DNA of 64,000 nt, filler included, from an uncultured Myxococcia bacterium (GCA_964617105.1; 6 parts of 6 records of this genome joined end to end with filler, not necessarily neighbours in it); one strand, 5' to 3'; counted from the first letter of the whole stretch, positions 52,308 through 62,898 are shown. The notes: generated by a model from the sequence alone, not told the origin. Program-made: numbers and translations.

Positions 52308-53057
52308 CTATATCAACTTTTTCAAAATGTTTAAATATTCCTTGTGGCTTTCATAAACCATATTGGAGATAAAATTAATAAAAGGTTTACTGTCCTTTCC
52401 ATGGGAAATCTCAAGATTCTGGATATAATCCTGCCTCATTATCGGAGGGATAATCGTTATCACATAGTCATCCTGCATCAGCGACAAGTTCATTAATAAT
52501 CTTGCCACCCGGCCATTACCGTCAATAAATGGATGGATCTCGACAAACTCTTTGTGCAAAAGTGCGACAAACTCAACCGGATGATATTTACTTCGCATAT
52601 CAGGAATCTTTTCTAAAAACGACTCCATTAAAGAGGGTACTTTATCGTGATAAGGAAAGGTATATTTTGACCCGGATACGATTATGTTGACCTTTCTATA
52701 TTTGCCAGCATTATCCTTATCAATCCGGTAAAAAAACAACCTGTGAAAATCAAGGATATGCCCCTCAATAATCTGATCTCCTTTGGCAATATCATAAAGA
52801 AGGTCATAGGCTTCGCTGTGCCCCACTACCTCCTGATGCTCCTTAATGGTTTTACCACCTATGGTCAAACCATCCTCAAGAATAATTTTGGTCTCCACCT
52901 CAGATAAAGTATTTCCCTCAATAGCGTTTGAAGAATAGGTAAGACCCACCCGGAAATACTCTTTTATCTGCTTTAAATAATATTTATCCAAAGGACGATA
53001 CTGTTTAATCTCTTCTAAAAGCCTGTCAATATCTTTTATTCTGTTTGAAAATTTCAT
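52308..53057 (-). CDS. Fic family AMPylase with N-terminal inhibitory motif
   Basis: HPFIDGNGRVAR catalytic motif and SNAIEGN inhibitory motif. Confidence 0.93.
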   Translation of the reverse strand: MKFSNRIKDIDRLLEEIKQYRPLDKYYLKQIKEYFRVGLTYSSNAIEGNTLSEVETKIILEDGLTIGGKTIKEHQEVVGHSEAYDLLYDIAKGDQIIEGHILDFHRLFFYRIDKDNAGKYRKVNIIVSGSKYTFPYHDKVPSLMESFLEKIPDMRSKYHPVEFVALLHKEFVEIHPFIDGNGRVARLLMNLSLMQDDYVITIIPPIMRQDYIQNLEISHGKDSKPFINFISNMVYESHKEYLNILKKLI

Positions 53058-53129
53058 TTTTTATGTCTTTGTAATTGTTGCAATTCTATGCACTACCGTC
53101 CGGCAAACTTTTTGCAGTGCCGGATAAAT

Positions 53130-53245
53130 AAAACTAGCTGAAACCCTCCGAAAATGCTAAATTATTAGCATAACTTATCAAGATTATGGAGGATTTCAGG
53201 ATGGCCTATAATAACACAATTTTTGGACAAATGTTACCATTAATC
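53130..53245 (+). mobile_element. Possible IS4-family left-end remnant
   Basis: ATG 53201 with a GGAGG SD gives MAYNNTIFGQML, resembling the N-terminus of DUF4372-type IS4 transposases; similarity stops after about 15 codons. Confidence 0.35.
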
Positions 53246-53642
53246 AAACAGAGCATTTCGACATGTGGCAAATTTCAACCTCGAAGCCAACCCGGGCGCA
53301 CCCCCCATCTAAATGGCCGCTACCAGGGAACCGCCTGGGAAGGAATGCAAATTGCTAAACTAAGTCAAGATTGGATGGCAACTATTGACTACTATTGGGG
53401 TTCTGAACAAGATTGGCTCTGGTAATTGCGATTTTCCATAGCAGCCGGCAAGCAGAAAATCCAATTGCCCTTTGGGATACTGGACTTACCAAAGGCTGAT
53501 TGAATATATCGCCAAAGTCTTTTCAACCGCTATATGGGCTTTACCTGTGGGGTGCTGGTGAGTTGGTTAACCCCCTCCCCGCCATTTCAAGTTGCCTTAA
53601 TGGTTTTGATTTGATATTATTCCGTATTGGTGGTTATAAAGT

Positions 53643-53795
53643 TTAACCTATTAAATTCCAGGTGCCCGGCACTTTAATATAATCTTTTGGGGCCATGTAT
53701 TTATCTGGATTGGCGGCAAACTCCTCCGGATCAATCAACTTTTTCCAGAAAAATCTCCATTGGCCGTTTAGTTTTAGCGGCCCGTGTTTCTCGAA
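53643..53795 (-). pseudogene. Headless fragment of a 7TM-DISM/sugar-binding-type sensor N-terminal domain
   Basis: FEKHGPLKLNGQWRFFWKKLIDP...IKVPGTWN then stop; no start codon, and the upstream sequence is the res-like region. Confidence 0.55.
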
Positions 53796-53863
53796 AATAG
53801 TTCTTGAAATTAAATTCTCAATTGGTTATAATATCAATGAGTTTTGAGAAAGGAAGGAGTCCC

Positions 53864-54154
53864 ATGCAACCATCCATTGCTCTTGACCTAAAAAGAAGTG
53901 CAATACGTGAATCGGCGAGCCGTTTTCGCGTGGCGAACCCGCGCATCTTTGGCTCAGTGTTACACGGCACCGATAAAGAAGGCAGCGATCTAGACCTGCT
54001 GGTCGATGCGCTACCTGGCGCTACGCTATTTGATTTGGGTGGTCTGCAAGATGAGTTGGAAACGCTGCTCGGAGTACAAGTCGTTTTGCTGACGCCAGCC
54101 GACCTGCCGCCGAAGTTCCGGTCCAAGGTACTCGCGGAGGCGCAACCAGTATGA
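53864..54154 (+). CDS. mntA: Minimal nucleotidyltransferase antitoxin (MNT)
   Basis: GSVLHGTDKEGSDLD (GSX10DXD); SD AAGGAG before ATG 53864. Confidence 0.9.
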   Translation: MQPSIALDLKRSAIRESASRFRVANPRIFGSVLHGTDKEGSDLDLLVDALPGATLFDLGGLQDELETLLGVQVVLLTPADLPPKFRSKVLAEAQPV

Positions 54155-54519
54155 ACGAAAACCGACTTCCAGATTACCTAGAACACATCCAGAAGGCTGC
54201 AACAGATGCATGTGACTTTGTGGAAGGGTTGACCAAAGACGACTTCTTGGAAGATAAACGTACCCAGCAGGCCGTCATCATGAGCCTCATTATCATTGGC
54301 GAAGCTGCTACGAAGGTGATGGATAGTTACGCCGACTTCACGCAGACCCACCCCAAAGTGCCTTGGCGCAGCATGCGTGGTATGCGCAATCGCATTGCCC
54401 ACGGCTATTTCGATATCAACTTGGACGTGGTGTGGGAAACGGTGCAAACGGCGCTGCCAGAACTGCTGAAGCAATTGTCCCCCGTGCGCCTTGATGCTCA
54501 CAACGAAGACAGGCACTAA
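54151..54519 (+). CDS. hepT: HEPN (DUF86) RNase toxin
   Basis: IIGEAA and RNRIAHGY (RX4HXY) motifs; ATGA overlap with the MNT gene. Confidence 0.9.
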   Translation: MNENRLPDYLEHIQKAATDACDFVEGLTKDDFLEDKRTQQAVIMSLIIIGEAATKVMDSYADFTQTHPKVPWRSMRGMRNRIAHGYFDINLDVVWETVQTALPELLKQLSPVRLDAHNEDRH

Positions 54520-54574
54520 ACTAACCCCCCCCCCAAGCGATGCAGGAACATATTGACAGGGAGAGAGACAAGTC

Positions 54575-55132
54575 ATGCTGATCGGTTACGCGCGCGTCTC
54601 GACGCAGGATCAGAAAATTGAATTTCAACGGGAAGCCTTAGCCAAGGCTGGTTGTCAGAGGGTCTTTGAGGACAAGGTGAGCGGCACACGGGCCGAGCGT
54701 CTCGGCTTGGCCAAGACACTAGAAATGCTCCGCGAAGGTGACACCTTGGTCGTGTGGAAACTCGACCGGCTGGGGCGTAGCGTCAAGCAATTGGTCGATC
54801 TGGTCGGCGAATTACATAACCAAGGCATCCAGTTCAAAAGCCTCACTGACTCCATCGACACCGGTTCGCCATCGGGTCGGTTCTTCTTCCACGTCATGGC
54901 CAGCCTTGCCGAGATGGAGCGCGAACTGACCATCGAACGTACCCGCGCCGGGCTAAAAGTCGCCCGGCAACTCGGTCGCAAAGGCGGTCGCAAGCGCAAG
55001 ATGACCGAAAGCAAAATCGAATCAGCCAAGAAATTGCTAGCTAGCGGCACCCCCCCCAAGGACGTAGCCAAGAACCTCGGTGTGTCAGTTCCTACTCTGT
55101 ACCGCTGGGTGCCTGCCTCAGCAAACCCTTAG
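54575..55132 (+). CDS. tnpR: Serine recombinase (resolvase/invertase)
   Basis: GYARVST, WKLDRLGRS, ERTRAGL and a C-terminal HTH (GVSVPTLYRW). Confidence 0.93.
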   Translation: MLIGYARVSTQDQKIEFQREALAKAGCQRVFEDKVSGTRAERLGLAKTLEMLREGDTLVVWKLDRLGRSVKQLVDLVGELHNQGIQFKSLTDSIDTGSPSGRFFFHVMASLAEMERELTIERTRAGLKVARQLGRKGGRKRKMTESKIESAKKLLASGTPPKDVAKNLGVSVPTLYRWVPASANP

Positions 55133-55165
55133 CGTGCTATTTTTTCCGTTTCGTGAGCAGACCCC
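55128..55165 (-). repeat. 38-bp Tn3/Tn21-family terminal inverted repeat
   Basis: Minus strand GGGGTCTGCTCACGAAACGGAAAAAATAGCACGCTAAG; the resolvase stop codon lies inside it. Confidence 0.88.
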
Positions 55166-55223
55166 ATGATGCCCGAAAACTAGATCCAGGCAATTTTCCA
55201 GTAGCATTGGACACAAAACCCCA

Positions 55224-56417
55224 TCAGCCGTCTTTAATAGCGTCCCAGAGATCCTGCCCCTTTTTCTTAAACAAAGCCATAACCCGAGCGTTACCCTCAG
55301 TGGCCTCTTTGAAATCGGTTTGTTCGGTCCGCATCTCCTGTATAAACTGTAGGGCTTTTTTATCTTCGCCAAAATGATGATACAACATGGCGATTATATA
55401 GTTGACCTTAATGGAGGCTTCGTGATTGTTGGCTTCCAGATAACTATCCAGCGCCATCTTTAACTGAGCCGCCTCCTTTTCCGGCATTTCGGCATTACAA
55501 TACAATCTAGCCTTACGCAAATAGCAAGCCGCCTCTTTGGGCTGTAAATTTTTAGAAGATTTATTCCCCTCAATTATAAAGCAGTGCAACGCTAAGTCAT
55601 AGGTGATGATGGCTTCGTCAAAGGAACGGGGTCGTTCAAAAACTTTGGAAAGTTCCTCTATACTTAACTTGAAACCATAAGCATCTTCGATTATTTTTTC
55701 CCGCTCCTCCTGGGCGCTTTTAATATACTTGTGGAACCTGGGAATAGTGGTGGGAAAACCCTTTTCCTGGCCGATAAAACTCGCCTTGTCATCTGATGCA
55801 TAGAGGCACTTGGGGCAGAGGGTTACAGCATGATTTAAAAATTCACTCTTTATAAAAGGTGATTGCTCCAGGTAGTCGGCCACCTGAAAATAAGTAGATA
55901 TCACTTTTTGGCTTTTCGCCTTGAGGGTGTAGGAGATTATATTGGTATACCTGCAGATAGGACACTTTACTTTCAACACCTGAATCGGGTCTTTTTTTCC
56001 TTCTGGCAGACTAAAATTCTTGTTGAGCCGCAGTTTCTCCCGGCGCTTCTTGTCCTGGAGACAGTCCTCGATCTTCTTTTTCAACTCTTCGGGGTCCACC
56101 GGTTTGAAAGTATAAAAGGTTATACCCAGGTTATCCACTTCCTTAAGGTCCTCTTCGGTCATTCTAGCCGCCAAAGCAATATAAGGAATATCGGCGATCT
56201 CCGGCACTTCCAGCTTCTGTTTGATCACTTCAAAACCGTCCATATCCGGCATTTCCAGATCAATAAGCATTAAATCCGGAACAACTTCCTTGGCCTTTTG
56301 CAGTCCTTCCGGGCCGTTTTTGGCCATCTCAACTTCGAACCCCAATTGTTTTAACTGATTGGCAATTATCCGTCTGGAAACCATAGAGTCATCTACCAAC
56401 AATATTTTTTTGGCCAT
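55224..56417 (-). CDS. Response regulator receiver fused to a DUF2225-like Zn-binding/TPR domain
   Basis: LLVDDS...IDLEMPDMDG...KP; CPIC...CPKCLYA; helical C-terminus. Confidence 0.75.
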   Translation of the reverse strand: MAKKILLVDDSMVSRRIIANQLKQLGFEVEMAKNGPEGLQKAKEVVPDLMLIDLEMPDMDGFEVIKQKLEVPEIADIPYIALAARMTEEDLKEVDNLGITFYTFKPVDPEELKKKIEDCLQDKKRREKLRLNKNFSLPEGKKDPIQVLKVKCPICRYTNIISYTLKAKSQKVISTYFQVADYLEQSPFIKSEFLNHAVTLCPKCLYASDDKASFIGQEKGFPTTIPRFHKYIKSAQEEREKIIEDAYGFKLSIEELSKVFERPRSFDEAIITYDLALHCFIIEGNKSSKNLQPKEAACYLRKARLYCNAEMPEKEAAQLKMALDSYLEANNHEASIKVNYIIAMLYHHFGEDKKALQFIQEMRTEQTDFKEATEGNARVMALFKKKGQDLWDAIKDG

Positions 56418-56494
56418 TTTTCTTTTATCCCTTTACAGTTTTGTCATTATTATTGGACTATTGTGATTCAAAATTTACTAATTTATAATATTCT

Positions 56495-57328
56495 CTATAA
56501 TATTTCTCTCGATGTCAAGATTTCTAACGGAGAAAAATAGGACAAGCCTTCCGAAGGCCTAAATTGGTGCATAAAACGCTCTTCCATATATTTGCACCCC
56601 TTTTCCACTGCCTCCTTCCGAGAATATCCCCTGGCCTTCAGCGCGCAGATGGCTGCGGCCAACCGGCAACCGCTTCCTCTTACATTACTGCCCGGTATCC
56701 GACGGGAAACCAGGCATTGTTTTTCCTCCCCCTTTAAATAAAGCCGATTTTCCACCATATCGCCCTGGCCGTGCCCTCCTTTTATCAGAAGATGGCCATC
56801 AAAAAACCTGGCAATGGCTGCCGATGCCCGGAGGGGCAAATCCTGTCTCTCCTCTCCTCCGCCGCTGAGAATTATTCCGGCTAAAAAAGCGGCCTCTTCC
56901 AGGTTGGGAGTAATCATATCCACCGCTGGAATAAGCCTGCTGATTATCTCTTTCATGATTTTGGTTTCCACCAGGGAAGCGCCAACCGAAGCCTTAAGTA
57001 TTGGATCCCAAAGCACAAAGGGCGAGGGTAACAACCGGCTGATAAATTTTACAATTATCTCCGCCTGGGTGAAGGAGGATAATAGACCTATCTTTACTGC
57101 CCGGGGTTTAAAATCAACAGTTATTGATTCCAACTGCTGCTCCAGGCATTTATCTTCAACCGAAAATAGATGGGTAAAGGTGTGGCTGTTTTGAGCTGTC
57201 AAAGCAGTAACCGCCAGCAGACCGTGCACACCCAAAGCAGTAAATACCTCCAGGTCTGCTACTATACCGGCTCCGCCAGTAGGATCTGAGGCGGCAATAG
57301 AGAGAGCAGAAGGGATGACTACGCTCAC
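56495..57328 (-). CDS. thiD: Hydroxymethylpyrimidine/phosphomethylpyrimidine kinase
   Basis: SDPTGGAGIVADL, TAQN, KIGLL, TPNLEEA, KGGH and RGSGC motifs. Confidence 0.88.
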   Translation of the reverse strand: MSVVIPSALSIAASDPTGGAGIVADLEVFTALGVHGLLAVTALTAQNSHTFTHLFSVEDKCLEQQLESITVDFKPRAVKIGLLSSFTQAEIIVKFISRLLPSPFVLWDPILKASVGASLVETKIMKEIISRLIPAVDMITPNLEEAAFLAGIILSGGGEERQDLPLRASAAIARFFDGHLLIKGGHGQGDMVENRLYLKGEEKQCLVSRRIPGSNVRGSGCRLAAAICALKARGYSRKEAVEKGCKYMEERFMHQFRPSEGLSYFSPLEILTSREIL

Positions 57329-57677
57329 CCGGCCATCCCCTCCTCCCCTTTATTTTTATCATCTTCCTCTTCTGGACAATTCTCATCTCTGCCAAAGGAT
57401 ATCTTCCTGCCCACCTGGGAAAATAGTATCCCCACTTCCCATAACAAACAGGCTGGCACCCCCATCATTATCTGGGTAACCACATCGGGCGGAGTCAACA
57501 GTGCGGCCACTACAAAAGCGCCCAGGTAGGCATATTTACGAATCTGTTTGAATTTATCTGGAGTAACAATTCTTCCCAAAGAGAGAAAAAACATGAATAA
57601 AGGCAACTCAAAGACCAGGCCGAAAGCAAACAATAGCAGCATAGCCAGAGAGAGATATTCTATTATGGTCAGTATCG
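57325..57677 (-). CDS. tatC: Twin-arginine translocase subunit TatC (5' truncated)
   Basis: FGLVFELP, RKYA and AALLTPPDVVTQ motifs. Confidence 0.93.
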
Positions 57678-57777
57678 NNNNNNNNNNNNNNNNNNNNNNN
57701 NNNNNNNNNNNNNNNNNNNNNTTAATTAATTAANNNNNNNNNNNNNNNNNNNNNNNNNNNNNNNNNNNNNNNNNNNN
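57678..57777. other. Artificial contig linker
   Basis: N block with TTAATTAATTAA. Confidence 0.98.
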
Positions 57778-59779
57778 CCAAACTCTCCAGCATGGAGGCA
57801 TACAACACGCTCATATCATCACAATCGCCGGTCTTGTATTTCAAGGTTTCCCGGGGATACTGGACATAATCCAGCGAATGCTCCTGGGATGGGTTAACCG
57901 GGTCTTTGACATACTTGACCGGCAAGGTGGCCAGGGCGTTAAACACAGCCATGGGAAACTGCAGACCTTTGACCATAGATTGAATCTTCTCTTTATCTTT
58001 ATTTCTTTCTGGCGCCATGGAAATAGCCTGGCGGGCAAAATCCTTGACTGCCGGGTCCCTGGGGGTGATAAAAGCGGCCACAGCGCCATCGTTTTGCCAA
58101 CTTAGAGCATTGCGATCATAAATCAACACTGGTTTGATAAAGGTGTCCTTTAACTCCCGATCACCGACCACATAAGTTAAACTCACCTTCATCTGGGCCG
58201 GGGTATTCTCGTCAAGGCTGAATACTTTGTTTCGGTCCAGAGAGAGGTTGAGGGGAATTTCAACTCTTTTCCCTTTAGCCACCTGCTCCATCCTGGTTTC
58301 ATGGGGTAATTTGGTAAATCCAGGAATCTCCACCTGGAGTTTCACATCCTTTGCCGCCCGGCTGCCCAGATTAGCCAGCACCACCTTACCCAGTGATTTA
58401 CCAACGTAACGGGCCTGAAAAGCGGGAAAAATATTCTCCACTTCAACATCTTTAATCTTCAGAAATCTAGTCTCTTTAATAACACTCAGATATCCATCGA
58501 GTTTCTGCAGATTACCGGCTGAAATCCTATATTTCCGCGAAAGTCCTTTCTTTTTTATCTGCTCCAGCAAATCTTTATCTACCTGACGGGCGGTATCTGA
58601 TGCCATGGAAAAAAGATTCTCCAACTGGCCGTTCGATGTGGCAGTATAAAAAAGGGCATTAGTGGATAAATCCCTGATCTCCACCACCAGGGTTCCATTT
58701 TCACTCCGACCGCTGAATTTTCCACTGGCAACCAACTGGATGGTGTTCTCCAATCCTCTTTTGTTTCTGGGAATCTGCTTACGCCTTTTGATGTTGGCAT
58801 CCACGGCAATATACTTTGAATTGGATAAAGTTGAGGCAAAAACCTTGGCCCCGGAACTCTTCAGCCAATCGTAACGGGAGTTGCGGGTCAAATTCTTAAA
58901 AGGAGTAACAGAGAGTTTAAGGCCCGCTGTTTTGGTAAGATCGTAACGCACCTTGACCAGGGCTTTTGAAGCCTGCTCAACCGCCAAAGACAAACCAGCC
59001 GCCTGCTCCAAAGCGTTGGAAAACTTGAAACCATCACCAGATTTTAGTTTGACATCAACTTTGCAAACATCTTTGCCAAAATGCCGCAGTTCAGCATCGC
59101 TCACCGTGGTTATCGCCTTAATACCAGCCAGCAACCCGTCCATATCAGAGCGCTGGGCCAAATCGTAGAGCCACAAAGAGATGAGTTTGCTCTTTTGACC
59201 TCTTTTCTGTAATTTGGGCAAAGTCTTGGCAACAAACTGTTTTGCCAATTGCAAAGCCGACTTACGGCAGGCGGTGCGTTTGGAGATATCCATGGCGATA
59301 TCATCTTCGGAAAAGGAGCCGATATATTGGCCGCTGTCCACCTGAATAAGTTTCAGGGTCAAATTGCACTTGGCACTCTTAAAAGGCACCCCCATGGTAT
59401 CAGTGCTGAACACCTCGCAGTCAGCCTTGCCCGCTACCAGATAGTCTGCTTCAAAAGAGAAAACCGTGTCAGGCAGCCGCCCTTTCAACAAATCAGCAGT
59501 GGCTACGTTCTTACGAAGTTGCAGGGTCTGCTCTCTGTCCGCCACCTGAAAACCCTTTTGCACCAGGTGTTCGCTGATAAAGGATTCTATCGTCTCGCTC
59601 TCCTGTTTTACTCCGTCATAGATTTCGTCCACCATCACGGCAAAGCGCTCGGATGCATGAACTGCCCGGGTGGTACCGATTCCAGTGGCAAATATCATTG
59701 CCAGCAAAAATAAGATTGACAAACGTCTGATATGTGAAATTATTCCAGGGGAAAACAAGTGACTAAAAATCAGTTTCAT
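57778..59779 (-). CDS. Exported multidomain protein with transglutaminase-like domain (3' truncated)
   Basis: Signal peptide; CsgG/FlgT-like alpha/beta domains; DYVQYPRETL...GDCDDMSVLYASMLES catalytic-Cys motif. Confidence 0.75.
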
Positions 59780-59815
59780 AACTCAATCTCCTTGGTTGCA
59801 TTTCATCGTATTGGT

Positions 59816-62800
59816 TTATTTATCTTGGCGATAAGATAAAGTCTTGCTTTCTATTACCCGTTTTTCTGTATCCAGCCCTTTGGTTCCGGTGCCTCTTGAA
59901 CCCTGTTCCAACACCGCTAAAACCTTGGCCGGTCCGATAAGTCTATCGTGTTCAACCGTTAAACCGGCGATCTCGATTCTAAATCTATCTTTTTGACCCG
60001 GGTTGGCGTGATAAAACCCTCTCAAATTATCTTCTATCCGGTTAATGATAACATCCACCCGCCCTTTTTGGGTAGAGGGTGCAATAACCACAAATTGGCA
60101 ATCCGCTCTCTGATAGATAACATCCACATTGCGGATAGAGTCAGCGATTACCGACAATAATTTTACCTTTGTATCCCTGGTGATCCCTGGTGAATCAGTA
60201 TCGTTTTTTGGCCTGCTGTCAACTTTGAGAAAATTTATCTGGATCAAGGATAGATCAAGGTTGTAGCGGCCGGCTCGTAAAATTTCCATCCTAAGTTGAT
60301 CGTGTAATAAAAAACTGTGATAAACCCGGGGCGCTTCATGATCAGGAAAAAGCAGAACACCTTTGAGACGTTGCATATCCCGATCGGAAATATCACCAAA
60401 ATCGATAATGCTCTTTTTATCTTGGGCGTTTAATATTTTGCCGAAAAATTGGTTCAAATTATAGCGAAAGATATAACCGGTATCCTCCTCTTCGACATCT
60501 TCCAATAAGCGTTGGGCCATGGTTTTGTTCAAAAAAGTATTTTCGATAAAATATCTAAGTGTTTCTTTGCTCTTAGATATTGTAGCGGTAAATTTTAGTC
60601 CTAACCGTGGCAATATATCAGGCTCGGTCGGTTTTATTATCCGCACTACCCGACCAGATACGTTCAGTGGCAAAGATTTTTGGTTTATTGGAAAAACCGT
60701 ATAAAACATGATATCTTCGTTGATTTTGGCAGGGCAATCAGTCTCAACCAAAATGCCGCTTTTACTGATGTCAACCGATTTGGCTTTGTAATTTTCATTT
60801 TTATACTCAAATTCCATAAAGATTTTTATTGAAAATCTTGACTGATTACGCCGCTCCGGTATTTGTTCCGGTTTTATCTCAGCAGTTGCAGCCGGCGTAC
60901 TGGCCGGTGCTTTGTCTACGGTCGGTTGCTCTTCTGCCACCTCACCTTTGTGACCTAACACCTGGTAGGCGGTATAAGCGTTGCGGTAACCTTTTAGTTC
61001 CAGACCACCCACCGGGCGGCAGACCACTTGATCTTGCACATCCAGATAAGTTTCCCGGCTGATCAGTATCCCGCCGGCCGGCGCCTTGGTCTCCAGCCTG
61101 GAAGCCAAGTTTACATTGGGGCCCAGCACCGTGTATTCCAAGTGCTCTTTGGAGCCGATATTGCCGACAAAAACATCGCCGGTGGCAATGCCGATTCTGA
61201 TCTTCAGCCCCGATTTGCCCTCTGATTCCCATTTTGTCACCAACCGGGCTACTTCGATTTGCATATCCATAGCGGTGCATACAGCCTTGAAGGGGTGCTT
61301 AGGCTGCTCAATGGGATCGCCGAAAAAAGCCATGATCCCGTCGCCCATTATTTTGTCAACCGTGCCTTCATACTTGAAAATCAAGTGGGTCATGGCATCC
61401 AGGTATTCCCGCAAAATGGCCAGAATCTCGTCGGGCGACAACGTGTTGCTCAGAGTTGTGTAACCCTTGATGTCGCTGAAAAGAATGGTCAGCCGCTTTT
61501 TCTTACCCACCAGGTCCAGATTTTCCGGGTTGTCCAAAATACGGGTCATAACTCCGGGAGAAACAAAAGAGGAAAAAGCACTCTTTAATATCCGCTCGTC
61601 AGCATCACGGACAAAATGATTGGTACTGGAAGCGGTCAGGTAGCAGATAATCATAGCCAGGCCGGGGACAAAAAGAGCAATGATAGTTCCCTGGAGAAAA
61701 AGAAGATAATTTAGCAAAACAAAAACAGCCAAGACGCCAATATTGACAATGGCTGAATTTCTGGCCGTTAAAAACGAGGTGGAAAAACAGATTATCAGCC
61801 CCAAAACCAGCAATACCAGGCAGTCAACAATTTTTGAGGCCTTAGACAGCATAGTGCCTGACAGCAAATTATCTAGAGCATTGGCATGAGCCAAAACCAA
61901 AGGTGTGTTTACCGCAAAGGGAACCGGTCCGTGATCACCAATGCTGGCAGCGGTCTGCCCCAATAGAACAATCTTTCCCTTTAATTTATTTAGATCAACT
62001 ATTGGTTGACCACCTTTGGCCATTTGTTGGCTGGAGACTAAAAGATCGATAAAAGAGTAGTGCTCAACCTGCTCCATCTCTCCCTTGAAATTGATCCACA
62101 GAGCGCCATATTGATCTAGTGGTATATCCAGGTTAAATTGAGGAGATTTTATGGTGATACTATCCCTGGATAAGCGAATATGCTTCTCTTTCAAGTCAAA
62201 ATAATTGAACAGCATCCCCAGAGAGAGAGAAGGATAATATTTGCCCCGGTATTGATATAAAGGGTAAAATCTATCTAATATCCCCGCTGAATCGGGCAGC
62301 AGATTCAGATGTCCCAGGCCGTGGCTGCCTTTCAGGATTGGCAATATCGGTCCATCCACTTCATTGGCAGTAGGAGATAAAGTTTGTCCCAAAAATTTCC
62401 AACCTCGTTTCTCTATCTCTAACTGAGTTTCATTCTTATCTGAATTACCGGGTTTATCTGGCTGCTTTTCTTGCTCCAACGGCTCTTCCAATTGGATCAT
62501 ATCAGTCCCCAGCACCGCATTGCCGTAAATACTCAGCATCTGTCCAAAAAGTTGATCAAAGCGGGCATCCTTTTTGTCTGGATCTGTGTATAAAATATCG
62601 ACACCCAGAGTCTTGGCTCCATATTTTTGCAGGAGGTCGATAAACAGGGCCATATTTGACCTGTCTATGGGCCAATCTAGGTTAGCCAGGGTCTTTTCAT
62701 CTATGTTGACCAGCGTAATCTGGTTGGCCAGAGGAATTTTGCCCTTTAGGCGAAACCGCCAGGAACGGGTGCGGGCCTCGAAGCCATCCAGGGTATCAAA

Positions 62801-62893
62801 AAGGATAAAAATAACAGCCACCAGGCAGACGGCCAGTCCGGCGGCAAAACTGATTAGGGATAGTTTGGTTTTTCGGGGGAGTTTTGGGGTCAT
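59816..62893 (-). CDS. CHASE2 - TM - class III adenylate cyclase - PilZ - degenerate GGDEF fusion
   Basis: IDEKTL..LDWP.DR and GVDILY (CHASE2); FSDIKGYT, DKIMGDG, EYTVLGPNVNLASRLE (cyclase); RRNQSR...DISKSG (PilZ); EILRAGRY..DLSLI...RNVD (GGDEF-like). Confidence 0.85.
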   Translation of the reverse strand: MTPKLPRKTKLSLISFAAGLAVCLVAVIFILFDTLDGFEARTRSWRFRLKGKIPLANQITLVNIDEKTLANLDWPIDRSNMALFIDLLQKYGAKTLGVDILYTDPDKKDARFDQLFGQMLSIYGNAVLGTDMIQLEEPLEQEKQPDKPGNSDKNETQLEIEKRGWKFLGQTLSPTANEVDGPILPILKGSHGLGHLNLLPDSAGILDRFYPLYQYRGKYYPSLSLGMLFNYFDLKEKHIRLSRDSITIKSPQFNLDIPLDQYGALWINFKGEMEQVEHYSFIDLLVSSQQMAKGGQPIVDLNKLKGKIVLLGQTAASIGDHGPVPFAVNTPLVLAHANALDNLLSGTMLSKASKIVDCLVLLVLGLIICFSTSFLTARNSAIVNIGVLAVFVLLNYLLFLQGTIIALFVPGLAMIICYLTASSTNHFVRDADERILKSAFSSFVSPGVMTRILDNPENLDLVGKKKRLTILFSDIKGYTTLSNTLSPDEILAILREYLDAMTHLIFKYEGTVDKIMGDGIMAFFGDPIEQPKHPFKAVCTAMDMQIEVARLVTKWESEGKSGLKIRIGIATGDVFVGNIGSKEHLEYTVLGPNVNLASRLETKAPAGGILISRETYLDVQDQVVCRPVGGLELKGYRNAYTAYQVLGHKGEVAEEQPTVDKAPASTPAATAEIKPEQIPERRNQSRFSIKIFMEFEYKNENYKAKSVDISKSGILVETDCPAKINEDIMFYTVFPINQKSLPLNVSGRVVRIIKPTEPDILPRLGLKFTATISKSKETLRYFIENTFLNKTMAQRLLEDVEEEDTGYIFRYNLNQFFGKILNAQDKKSIIDFGDISDRDMQRLKGVLLFPDHEAPRVYHSFLLHDQLRMEILRAGRYNLDLSLIQINFLKVDSRPKNDTDSPGITRDTKVKLLSVIADSIRNVDVIYQRADCQFVVIAPSTQKGRVDVIINRIEDNLRGFYHANPGQKDRFRIEIAGLTVEHDRLIGPAKVLAVLEQGSRGTGTKGLDTEKRVIESKTLSYRQDK

Positions 62894-62898
62894 ATTTT

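Larger units (their letters stand above)
53786..55165 (+). mobile_element. Transposase-less Tn3-family remnant: res-like site, MNT-HEPN TA pair, resolvase, one IR
   Basis: AT-rich TTCTCGAAAA / TTCTCAA...TTGAGAA repeats at 53788-53850; visibly GC-richer coding region; 38-bp Tn21-like IR at the right end. Confidence 0.8.

Noticed and set aside
9813-57327. Other TGA-terminated genes as Sec read-through candidates (9815, 10618, 33736, 52214, 55224, 57325)
   Set aside because: These proteins already look complete at the TGA and have no Cys-motif context; only 49546 qualifies.
11992-57777. Five identical TTAATTAATTAA motifs at about 11-12 kb spacing
   Set aside because: Each is centred in a 100-nt N block and genes are cut at these points. 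They are artificial contig linkers, and the ORF tails ending ...LIN are artefacts.
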